DNA of 64,000 bases, from assembly GCA_964035545.1 (NCBI GenBank), contig OZ037769.1, positions 4,817,929-4,881,928 of the forward strand, written 5' to 3'. The notes under the pieces were generated by a model. It worked only from the letters and a program-made list of their open reading frames with translations, was not told where the DNA came from and did not search any database. Both the position numbers and the translations under genes were made by a program. The DNA is from Bugula neritina (lineage: Eukaryota; Animalia; Bryozoa). This document shows positions 1 through 11,632 of this stretch, in pieces; the stretch's first letter is position 1; every line of letters begins with the position of its first letter.

Positions 1-346
1 GACATGCAGAGACATTTCAAATAATAATAAATTACTGTTTGTGTTAACTTTACAAGTAGACTATCTAGTATAAGTTTATACATCTAAAAGGACTAGCCAT
101 CATCTTCAATTGTAAGACATGTACCTTGGCAGACATTTTGTTTACATCACCAATGACGCATCTTGCGTTAAAAACATACTTAAAAACTATGATTATATCT
201 TCCTAGTTCTACAATTGTTCTCATTTATTCTGGTGGCTAAATCCAAATAAAAGACTCAAATATTGAAATCTATAAGACAGCATCTGAAACTATATATGTA
301 GTAATAATTAACACTCTCTAAGCTAGAATAAACCTTATAACATTAC

Positions 347-3300
347 CTGATGACGTGCGACTAACAAGCCCAGTGTCGGTAGTCTGTCTTTTCCGTCTGC
401 CTCCTGAAGTTTGAGAGGGCAACTCCCCATAGCCAAGCACAGAGGTCTGTTATTTGTGTAATACAATATACTGACAATACACATCAAATTAGGACATGCT
501 GCATAAAGCCATTACTTTTCTATTATTTATTTTCCATTATTATTTTTATATATGCAGAATATATTATATATAGGTATGTTATGGAAACCAGGTGTAAAGA
601 CATTGTTTAAATATTTAGCAATCTTTATCAAGGTAATTAACTAAGTTGCTGGTATTGTAATGCAACAGATATTACACGTAATTCTACAATAAACATTATC
701 TTACAGCTCAAGCAATTGCTGACATTTATGAGAAGACAACTCTAATAAAATATAAACACTATGTGACATAACATCACAGCATAGTGTTACCTTGCAGCTG
801 TAGAACCCATCACCAGTCATCATACTAGAGAGAACAACTCCAGAATATATACCATCTCCCCGTGTTGTATCAGCACCTAATATGTGCGCCCAAACATACA
901 AATAACAATGTGAAATGCTATGTGGATATATAAATTGTATATGAAATACACAAATTGTTTACAAATACACATGTAATGGAATTCCTCCCAAATATTTCTC
1001 CTAGTTCTAAAGGCAAAACTACTGAGAGTGGATATAGTATGAGAAATATAACAAAAAATGTGACTTCTTTAGATTAAAACATTTCTCCTCTTATCTAAAT
1101 ATAAGACACTATATAATGCCAGTCTGTAAAACATGGGTCGCTGTGCATTTCATATCAGCATTTATACAGAGACCAATGCTTATATTTAATTCGGCATCTA
1201 TTTAGACTAGCTCCGCCTTTACTTAGACTAACTCCACCTCTATGACATCACATTTGAGATGTTTATAATCTACAAGGCATGCACAAACTTGGGTACAGTT
1301 TTGTAGTTAGAAATTACTCTGCAAACACCAAATCAAATTAAAGAGCTTATATCTCACCTACACCATCATCTAAGAGAGCAATAGTTTGAACACTATTATC
1401 TGGGCGTTCAAGGAGGGCTATAGCTGTCACCCCTCTCACTGGTGTCAGATCTTGAGAAACATAAGCTAAGACAAGCACCTGCAGAAATTGTCAGTTATTT
1501 CAAATCTGACACACATGAGCACTGTGGGTTTATTCAAACATACACAGTATAAATGAGTGGTTAACATAAAAATAACAGAGAAAACTGTTATCTTCATTAT
1601 CAGAAGCACTCTCACTGCGTTCCCATACTTTAAATAGAGTTTTCATTCAATGCATGGGGACAGGCCAATTGAATGAAGCCAGAGCCATAAGTTAATGCAA
1701 ACTGCAACCACAAATCCATCCGAAGGAGCATCTGTATGAATTCATTCAATGTATACTGACGACGGAGTGTTTGAGTCTAGCCATGGCCAAGCATTTGACT
1801 GTCACATACCATCAACTGATGAGCTGTAAACAGAGACCACGCCCACACAAATTCTCTTCAACTACTCACCGTAGAAAGTCCAGTAAAATCGACGTTGTTT
1901 GTGCCCATTCTGGAGCTCACTGTGATTGGTCCCTGGCCAGGAACAGCTGAACGTGACGTCACGGATATCACAACGTTTTCATCAACAGAAGTATCGACAT
2001 TTGTCAGAGTGTAGGTTATGTTTCCTGTCTAAAGTAGTTGTACTATTATAAGTTGTCACAAAGTAAATTATGAGAAGCAACCATTTTTAGTTTATTATTA
2101 AAATTTTGAAGAAACCTATCTATTTAATGGAATACAAGCATAGTTCAAACTTTTTTAATTCCATACTAGAGCTTACTAATAGTAATATAAAGGCAAGCAA
2201 GAATAAGTTAGTACACAGTGCATAAAATACAACCCCTTTCCATGTATAAAAGTAACTTTTAAAACAGTAGTTTTCAAGAATACATCATTGTATCATATCA
2301 TAGCACTTCAAATTTTCAAACCCTAAAAGGAAAGCAGAACCTCAAATCAAAAACAACTAAATATCTACATTTTTACCCTCACAGCACATCACACCCGGCA
2401 GCATAGTATACATGGAGTGTAACTCACCACAACTCCTTGAATCCTGTAAGTCACCAGCTTGAAGTCAGCATCAATAATCTTAGTAATGGAGTTACTGAAC
2501 GTAGTTGTAACCTTGACCTCAAGGTCATCATAGTAAGTGAAGACAAGCCTTGTATCTCTTCCGATAGAGGCATCCAATGCTACTGTGTCTGTGTATGTTG
2601 TCGGCACGGTAACACCAGCACTTACTAGCTGCAGGGGGAGACAATAATCACAAAATATCTCAGAGAACTAATGGCATTCTATTTGTGTTTATATACGCGC
2701 ATATATGAAGTACTAAGAATAATTTGGCAGTTGATATAAGTTAGTAAATACATTAATGTGATTACTATGCTTATTAAAGCAGAAACATGCTCATGCCCAT
2801 CAAGTTCCTTTTCAAAGAAATGAAGAAAACAACCCACTATTGTATAAATGCGTTTTACATCTTGTCAAATATGCCATAAATATTATACTTTTGTTATTCA
2901 AAACAAGTGTGTAATTAGGAGATGAAATTTAAAATAGCAGTTGAAACGAGCTTACAGTCACGGGACTGTCTTTGTTTCTCCTCCTCTCAATAGTAGCCAG
3001 AAGTGCGTCTTGCATAGCCGGGGAGACGAGGGATCCGGAGAAGTAGAAGGAGGAGCCGCCGGTGTCGTCTGCTATCTGTTTGAGCACCGGGTCAGCATCT
3101 TGACTGCAGGAAAGACAGCAGATAGGCGTGAGAACATAATTGTGGTTGTAGCCAACAGATTTACTGCTGACTTGGCAGGATGCAACGTAAAGTGCAGAGG
3201 GGAATAAAAAACTCCGAAAGGTAAACAGACACAAAGTTAGGCTACTGTAAAAAGTTGCTCTTATATAGAAGCCTACGCATCGGTCTTTTATCAGCCATAT

Positions 3301-6300
3301 TTGATTCAAATCTTGACAGGTATAATTAATTTGAAGATCGTATGTCGATATTGAGCAGAAGGCATCAACCGGATATTGTTATGAAAGCAATTAATATCTA
3401 AGAGAGAGTCTTAAATCAACCGACCTGTATGCTATGGTGTCTACCATCAGTTCTAAGGCTAAGATAGTAGAAAATGTATCAACAACATAGGGGGCGGCAG
3501 ACTCCTGCCCATCACTGAGAACAAACATGCGGGTGGAGGCAACGTTGTCCCCAGCATAGGCTGACAGCACCTAAAATTAAATGTTTGGCAGCGTGACTTT
3601 GTAGTGTGGAGTTTACCCAGTAGTCCCTAAGGTGCAATGGTTAGTAAGTTTACTTGCAATCCGTGGGTTCGAACCCCAATGAGGGCAAAAGTTGTATAGA
3701 CTGTCATATAGTCTGATGAGTAGAGTAATGAATTGCTGTAGTCCAACAACGTTTTAGGACTTTGTTGACAGGTGCTCTTAATTATCAAGTAAAAAAGACA
3801 TAAAAACAATTATACAACTTTTTTCGAACTATTCGCAACTTTTTAGAATTACAGCTTAAATTAGTTTATTAGTTGTTGAATATGAATTTAGAAGTCATTG
3901 CTTAGCAATGCCGTCCTAGTAAGAACTAAACGGAATGACACAGAAGGAAAGTTTCTCAAACTCCAAACTCCTACCCAGTCATAATTGTTCCTGTGCTACA
4001 TCGGGAAAAGTTAAAAAAGTTGCTTTTAAAGACTTCTTCCATCAGGGGTTCTCACAGAGATAGTGACTATAAACTTGCATGAGTTAGAGAAGGGAAAAAC
4101 ATTTTTTTTACAAAATAAGGTCTCACCTCCCCACACTTTAGCATTCCAGCTGCTATGCTGGTTCCCCCGCCGGGTTGAGTGGGGAGTCGGGAGATGAGCT
4201 CATCCCGTGTCGTCTCGTCAACAATCTTAGTCATATCAGCGAGTACCGTAGCAGACGAGCTGAAGGAAACAATTCCAACTACCGAACCGTCTTCCAAATA
4301 GTTTCTAATGTAGTTGGCCACGGCGCTTCCCATAATCCCTATCCTATTGTCTACCTGTAAGTAGAGAAGTTTGTTTGACTGTGTAGTTCCTCTGACAATA
4401 GTGTACTGCAGTGTCATTATATAACTCTTTTTGTATTATCAGAAACCTAATGTTTTAATGGTTCTAATCAGTGTATTAAAAAGTAAAATATATTTAAATG
4501 TATGTTGTAAATTTATTTTACAATGTAAAAGCAAAAATCATGCCCCAAAAAGGTATCATTGAAGTATTATTTAACTATTTATATAATGCATCCACGAGAC
4601 ATTGCTGACCCTGTTATATCCAACAATTACATATCTAGTGAAGATATTTTTATGTCAATCAAGATGGTTCAACAAATCTTAAGCCTACTAATCTGTGCTA
4701 ATATATGCTAGTGTGTGTTAGTATCGTATGCTATAATAGGCATTAATATGTGCTATCATGTGCTAATGTGTGCTATTATGTCCTAATATATGCTAGTGTG
4801 TGTGCAAATGTGTGTTAATAAGTGTTAGTATATTGTGCTAGGTAGTAGAAAATTTAAGTAAAACTTGTTATATCATTTAGACTAGTGTTTATATAATACA
4901 TTAGAATGTATATCTAATTATGAACACTTTTTTGGTATCACTTATATGTATCTTATACAAAATATGTAAATACTACATACTTACACTCAACATATACTTC
5001 CTCTTACTACATACTTACACTCAACATATACTTCCTCTTACTACATACTTACACTCAACATATACTTCCTCTTACTACATACTTACACTCAACATATACT
5101 TCCTCTTACTACATACTTACACTCAACATATACTTCCTCTTACTACATACTTACACTCAACATATACTTACACTTACTACATACTTACACTCATCATATA
5201 CTTAAACTTACTACATACTTACACTCAACATATACTTACACTTACTACATACTTACACTCAACATATACTTAAACTTACTACATACTTACACTCAACATA
5301 TACTTACACTTACTATATACTTACACTCAACATATACTTACACTTACCACATACTTACACCCAACATATACTTACACTTACTACATACTTACACTCAACA
5401 TATACTTCCTCTTACTACATACTTACACTCATCATATACTTAAACTTACTACATACTTACACTCATCATATACTTACACTTACTATATACTTACGCTCAT
5501 CATATACTTACACTTACTATATACTTACACTCATCATATACTTACACTTACTATATACTTACACTCATCATATACTTAAACTTACTATATACTTACACTC
5601 ATACTTCCAGACACATCAAGTACCAGACAAACAACATCTGGTTTTCTTGGAACTGGTTCTACTTCCACATCCACTGTAGTGGTTGTGATAGGTGTTGTAG
5701 TTGTTGTAGTAGATGTTGTAGTTGTTGTGGTAGGTGCTGTAGTTGTTGTGGTAGGTGCTGTAGGTGTTGTAGTTGTTGTGGTAGGTGTTGTAGTTGTGGT
5801 AGGTGTTGTAGTTGTTGTGGTAGGTGTTGTAGTTGTTGTTGTGGGCACAAACTCAGGATCAAAATCATGAACAATTTTAATGATTGGTGGGTTGATCTCT
5901 CTCTCAATGTCCGATGTATCTCCATTTACTATAATAATGTATGTTCAGGTTAGGGCTGTCACAGCATGCAGGGTATTTGATGGCATGAGTTACAGGCCTT
6001 ATGCTCTGCACAAGTCTATATAATTATAAAACTCAAGTCATTACAAAATAATTTTGCCCACACTAGGATTCAAACCCTACACCTCTTCTGCCTTACAAGC
6101 AGAAGCGGTGACCATTACACCACAGGGACCACTGGGTAATCTCATCATTTAAGCTGAGGTAAAGCCATATACACAAAACAAGAACATATAAGAGTAAAAG
6201 TTTCTTTTAGCAGTCTTACATGAGTACAACTAGCTTGTGACAGCTTCTAGAATCTTGGACACATTACAGTTAGTTAGTGTTAAATTATCTTGGCTATCAG

Positions 6301-9300
6301 CTAAATACAACTTCAGGGTAGTATTCTCAAGAATATTGGTTTTATAATACATTTTGTGCATACATGTCTTGAATTAATTCGGATCGTGTTAAATAGACTA
6401 ATCAAAATATATGTACTAAATATACTAATCATAAGGTGTGTACTAGATAGACCAATCAGAAGATATGTACTAGAACACAATATGTGTTAGTGCGTTCAAA
6501 TCACTCACCAAAATCAGGATGTTCCTCCAGCAGCTCCCAGGCACTCTTCTCGTTGCATTTCTTGTTCTGTTTGTTACTCGAAGCCTTCTCATGCAGTATC
6601 TTCCCCGACTCCACGTCTCCACTTCCACAGAATGATGTCACCTGGTCGAAATACATGAAACAACATTATGTTAGTTCAGCTATTTGTAAATTCCTCTGTT
6701 GACTGACACCAAGTCCTGTTGATAGAATAAAAAGCAATACCGTATCTATATTGTATGACATTTTGGTAACCTGAATTGCGAGGTAGGTGTAGTAATGAAG
6801 AAATTGGGAAAAGCCTGTGTTTTAGATTAAAAATGTAGCATAAGAAGTTATGTTCTTGTAAAATTTCGACCCGCGCCCCAAACCAAAACTTAATAATAAA
6901 ATTAAAGAATTTAGGTTATCTCAATTTTTCCACTGCCTACTGCTCCTAACTGTAAATTGTATTGTAGGAATACAAGCTCTAGCCAGTGTTCACCATACAG
7001 ATTTTTAAAGGCTTAAATCTATGGGGGTGCTTCAAAACCCTGGCAAAACTAACACTTTTAGGGCCCTGTTAGTTACACTTTTGTATTTTAGTTATTAGCT
7101 ACACAACAATAGTATTTCTCTGCGTAAGCTGTAATACTGAAGTAGAACCCTGCAGAGAAACGTTATGATGATGTAATGGTATGGTTAACTCACATAACTG
7201 AGGGCAGGGGCAAACATCAAAGAGGCCTTTGCATCATTTTCCTCCAGTGGCAAGAAGTCGCAGGTGCTTGTGGGAAACCCTGTGCTGCGGTCAAAGATGC
7301 ATGCTCCACTTGCTGTTGTTTGGTCTCGAATCACACCGTCAATATGACTCGTACATCTAACAATTTTGATAACTTTCTTCATAATTTATTAGAAATTAAA
7401 TTCAAAGAAAATGTTCTAATTTACACTATATTATTTAACGCCATCACCTATTTTCTACAAGTGAACGTCCACTACCAAAAGAATTTTACGGCTGCTAATC
7501 AAGTTAATTTTCTAAATACAGCTGCATGTTTTTAGTGCTTCAAATTTATAGAGCCAAGCCAAATCAAACATTCAACCCACTGAAGATGAATAGTTATCTT
7601 CATCTCTAAGTTCCTCGTTTAAATTTAACACACTTCCACTCTAGCATATATTTTCTTTGTGCTAAAAATATCAACTATATTCTAAATTTAACTTAACAAT
7701 CTTCCATTAAGCTTTGTCGGCTAAAAACTACTCCATCACCTTGCAAACCATTTCCGTAAACATTTACTAAACATAAGACCAAGTCCATGTTAATATTTTA
7801 AACTGCAGACATGAAACCTTCACCTAAGTGGACATCCCGAAGGCAGCTAATTCTACACAACACTCATACCTGGTAGGATACAATCTTCTCTGGTATGGGT
7901 AAAACTTGGCGTCATCTTCGTCGGGATATTCGGGGAATAGACCCCACCTCAGATGTGCCCACTCGTGTACAAATGTCTTCTCTACAATATATCTTACAAT
8001 TGTTATTATTACAAGCTGTAGATACAAACTCAGCACTACCTCACACACACTCGCACACCCACATCCTAACAAATGCAATAGATCTATAATAAAACATTTC
8101 ATACTATGAATATCTAAGTATGTCACATTATTTCACAACAACATTTCATGAAAGATAGTCAAAGTTGATATCCATCAGACCATTAAGACCAGTCAAACTC
8201 TGAGTAAAGCAGCAATATTTGAGGCTTATAGCATGATACCATTTCTCTCAGCTATCTAACTTAACAGCCCAAAATTTATTTATTCGACAAATATTCATAA
8301 TAAAGTTTCCTAAAAGCACTACATGCATATACTATTAATTCGTAATTCAGTATCTTTCTTACAAAAATAATATCATTGAAAAGTCAAGTTTTACTAAAGT
8401 TACATATTGAACGTGTATGCAATATTTAACCATGTCACCATGTCACCATGACACCATGCAACCATGTCACCATGATACTATGCCACCACGTCACCATGTA
8501 AACATGACACCATGAAACAATGACACCATGCTACTGTGCCACCATCCAACCGCTTAGCACAACCTGTACACATGACAACATGTCACCATGACACTACATA
8601 TGTCACCATGACACTATGGCACCATGACACTACACATGTCAACATGACACTATGCTACTCACTATGTCACCATGACACCATGTCATGTCACCATGACACC
8701 ATGTCACTATGACACCATGACACTATGTCACCATGACACTATGCAACCACTGAGTGTAACCTGTACCTTGTGGTCCAAACTCTGAAGAGACTTCAGTGTC
8801 CAACAGCCACTCAGGAGTGAAGTGAATAAAATCTCCCTCATCCCCACAGGCTCCTGGCTGCTGGGTGTAGGGCTGATTCCCCTTCGCTTTGTTAGCAGGG
8901 GCAATGAGTACCCTAGCTCTTTCAAATGTCTCCGTGGAAATCTGAGAAATAAACAAAGGACTGCTCTTCTTTTTTGTGCTTTTAAAACAGCACAATTGCT
9001 GCCAACATTTCAACATGTGGCTCAAAACAATTGCCTGCTAACACTAAATAACCACATATTTTGATAATAATACAATATAAGATGACAAAATAAAAACACA
9101 ATTATTTGAGACATGTGAATGTAAGCATATCTTACTGGACTCCAGGAGGTGTTGTGTGACCAGGTGGCTGGAACAAGGATAGTTGCACCAGTTATGTACT
9201 TCTGGCCGTTGGTGGCCGTATCCAGAAAATCTGACGCTTTCCACAGCAGTTGCTACAAGACATGTACTATATAATATATTACAGGTATATACATTATGAT

Positions 9301-11336
9301 ATCTTATATATTACAAGTATCTACACGATGATATCTTATTTATTACAAGTATCTACAATATGATATGACATACTATACTACATCTCTATAATACGATATG
9401 GTATATACTATATTACAAGGATACAATAAGATGGTGCAACATGTACTCAATATTTCAAGTAACTACAATTTGATATGGCATATACTATATCGCATGTTTC
9501 ACAAGACGATATGGTATATACTATATAGCATGTTTTTACAAGACGATATGGTATATACTATATAGCATGTTTTTACAAGACGATATGGTATATACTATAT
9601 AACATGTTTTTACAAGACGATATGGTATATGTTACATACTATATTACAGTGTGACAAAAGTTGTGTTAAAAGCCCCTCCCCCCCCTTTAACAAATAAGTA
9701 CTAGAAAAACTGAAAGACTTAAACTGAAATGCCTAGCAACAAAAGATTCATACAGACACAAGTATGTAACTCCAAAAATAGAATCCTAACAAGTGCACAG
9801 TCACATAGACCCACTTGTATTTACTTTATAAATCAGTGAGAAGATAAACCAGTATAACCTGTTTGCATAAGGCAGTGTGGCACCATCAACGTCCTTGTAC
9901 GGGAAAAAAAAGTAAAAAAAAAACATTTACTTTGAAATAAATCTTTGAGCCACTAGTTCAATTTCTTTAAAATGCAAACACACTGAGCATAAAATTATCC
10001 ACAGTCACCTATAGAAATGTTAATCTCTGAGACACTAAAGTTCCAACTCAAGTGCTAGCATGTATAATATAATATACTTATTATAAGGAACGCAAATAAA
10101 AATATAAATCCTCATTGATAAAACTGCGGATAAATTGCATAAATTTACAAATAATATACTTGAAAACTTAAGTTATTTTGAAGTACATTTTTTATAATAC
10201 TAAGTCCAAAATAAACATATTATAATAAAAACAGTGTTGTGCATTGTATCCGGTATGGAATGTATATATACTATGTATGATGCTTCAAGTTATAATAAGT
10301 TAAAGATTACACTAAAATTATTTTCATTTTGTTTCAAAATGTTAGACCAACTTTTACGAAATACCACTTAATTATATTGTCAGATGATTTTATAGGGTCA
10401 TTCTTAATAATGAAGAATTATTAAAGCAGATAAGCACAATCTGAGTACAGAAGCTGTTTCAGGGTTTGTTCTCTCGTCAGCCCACACCTTTGCAAACATG
10501 GAAGAAACTAGTGTTTCTACCGTAGCATATTTGAATATAAATTAAAATTAGTAAGTAATTCGATAAAAAACCATAAAAATCACATTTTATAAAATGCGTA
10601 ACAAGCATTGGAATGAATTTTTAAAACGTATAGTGCTTCGAATATATAAAAACTGGTATTATGGCATTATAAACCGGGAGTAGCCGTGATCTAGGGGTTA
10701 GAGGGCTTGTTTAGTAAACAAGAGGTCATGGGTTAGAGCCCGGACAAAGGCCATTGGTGATGCTAAGAAGAGCATTCAGTCATAATTGCTCCTGTGCCTC
10801 TTCTAAATAAGTCCTTAGCCCACTTTAACAAAAACTCTTTCTATCAGGGGTTTCTCGCAGGGATAGCGACTATAAACTTGCGAGAGTTTAATATGGCATT
10901 ATAAACCATGAAGCTAAGTAATAGAAATAGTGTTAGGTAAACTATATGCAATGCTCTCTAAATGTAAATATTGAGCTATATAATCAAAGCATGTTTGTAA
11001 GTGATTCTTAAAAATATTGAAATATAAATGAAAAACTTCCAGTCGGCTTAGCGTATTATATTCACATGTATAGACAACTCCATTAATACAACACTCAGGC
11101 GAGTTCTATACAAGTTACATTTATAACCCACTAGGTAAATATATATCACATGATTAACATACCTCAATAGATGTTAGAATAGATGTATTTTCCGGAACAC
11201 TCTCATCAATGGCTATGAGAATATCAGAATAGCTGCCGTCAGAGTTATGCACAATGCTCTGGCGAGTGCTGCCGATGTTATTTCCGGATATAAGGACGAT
11301 GCCGGTGAAGAAAGTGAGTAGCTGTAACTTTCTCAT
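347..11336 (-). CDS. CLCA: Calcium-activated chloride channel regulator (CLCA)-family protein; 3' end lies beyond the window start
   Basis: Exons in transcript order: 11336-11163 (signal peptide MRKLQLLTFF, YSDILIAIDESVPE), 9252-9136 (KASDFLDTAT..ILVPATW), 8941-8767 (PYTQQPGACGDEGDFIHFTP), 7981-7870 (FVHEWAHLRWGLFPEY, the CLCA HExxH zinc motif), 7356-7194, 6641-6509, 5928-5597 (Thr-rich tract, VCLVLDVSGSMS MIDAS), 4354-4127 (GGGTSI), 3570-3425 (LSDGQE), 3103-2956, 2628-2428, 2028-1870, 1478-1358 (LLDDGVG), 876-791 (ADTTRGDGIYS), 446-347 (SRTSSG). All have GT/AG borders. Confidence 0.93.
1613..1750. mobile_element. MITE family M3 copy (opposite orientation, right end degraded)
   Basis: CACTGCGTTCCCATACTT start; ATGCATGGGGACAGGCCAATTGAATGAA..CCATAAGTTAATGCAAA. 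Confidence 0.7.
3613..3700 (+). mobile_element. tRNA-related repeat (family S2), degenerate
   Basis: TTACCCAGTAGTCCCTAAGGTGCAATGGT..GGGTTCGAACCC..GGGCAAAA; homologous to 6010-6140 on the minus strand. Confidence 0.55.
3975..4086 (+). mobile_element. SINE S1 3' fragment
   Basis: CCAGTCATAATTGTTCCTGTGC...CATCAGGGGTTCTCACAGAGATAGTGACTATAAACTTGCATGAGTT matches 10777-10889. Confidence 0.8.
4970..5600. repeat. 34-bp minisatellite (~18 copies) overlapping a CLCA splice donor
   Basis: Unit ACATACTTACACTCAACATATACTTCCTCTTACT. Confidence 0.95.
5675..5845 (-). repeat. Coding ~21-bp repeat encoding a PTTTTTT mucin-like tract in CLCA
   Basis: Plus-strand unit GTAGGTGTTGTAGTTGTTGTG, inside exon 5928-5597. 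Confidence 0.9.
6010..6140 (-). mobile_element. tRNA-related repeat (family S2)
   Basis: Minus strand reads TTACCCAGTGGTCCCTGTGGTGTAATGGTCACC..GGGTTTGAATCCTAGTGTGGGCAAAA (A and B boxes). Confidence 0.55.
6784..6948 (+). mobile_element. MITE family M2 (~165 bp, TAGGTGCAGTARTGGAGAAATTG inverted ends)
   Basis: Inverted ends; internal AAAAGCCTGTGT..TATGTTCT..CCCAAACCA shared with 11500, 39666 and 43531. Confidence 0.75.
8431..8742. repeat. Degenerate 8-bp CATGTCAC/CATGACAC array
   Basis: Directly visible; ends about 24 nt from the donor at 8766. Confidence 0.85.
9255..9650. repeat. Degenerate ~37-bp minisatellite starting at a CLCA acceptor
   Basis: Best units ACAAGACGATATGGTATATACTATATAGCATGTTTTT. 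Confidence 0.8.
10676..10891 (+). mobile_element. Full-length tRNA-derived SINE (family S1) with 16-bp target-site duplication
   Basis: Identical flanks TATGGCATTATAAACC at 10660-10675 and 10892-10907. The head has A-box-like TAGCCGTGATCTAGGGG and B-box-like GGTTAGAGCCC; the body is shared with three other loci. Confidence 0.88.
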
Positions 11337-11499
11337 CTTTGAGTTTTCATCTACAATATAAATTATACTCTGCAACACAACTGGGAATTTGCCCATAAAG
11401 TAACAATACATGTTGTATAGCTATCGCGAGCACGGAATTCTGATATGAGAACATAACCTACTCATCACTTGAACTCAGTAGCGTACAGAAAAAAGGAGG

Positions 11500-11632
11500 T
11501 AGGTGCAGTAATGGAGAAATTGAAAAAGCCTGTGTCCTGAATGAAACTGTAGCAAAAGAATTTGTTCTCGCCAAAATTTTGTTAAAAAAATTGAATAACT
11601 TAGGCAACAAAATTTCTCCATTACTGCATTTA
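11500..11632 (+). mobile_element. MITE family M2, internally deleted copy
   Basis: TAGGTGCAGTAATGGAGAAATT ... AATTTCTCCATTACTGCATTTA. Confidence 0.75.

Noticed and set aside
4920-5273. 117-aa ORF (also the ORFs at 16077-16499, 18988-19230, 26601-26986, 33315-33654, 38981-39205, 54304-54796)
   Set aside because: These frames are open because of tandem repeats; only the parts overlapping real exons are coding.
5659-5925. Gln/Leu/His repeat ORF and the antisense poly-Val ORF
   Set aside because: Alternative frames of the Thr-rich CLCA exon; the Thr frame is the one in phase with the VWA motif.
6055-6130. Possible tRNA gene (also 3625-3690, 10676-10750, 30672-30730)
   Set aside because: A/B boxes are present but the cloverleaf stems are broken, and each is attached to repeat-family sequence, so they are treated as SINE-type heads.
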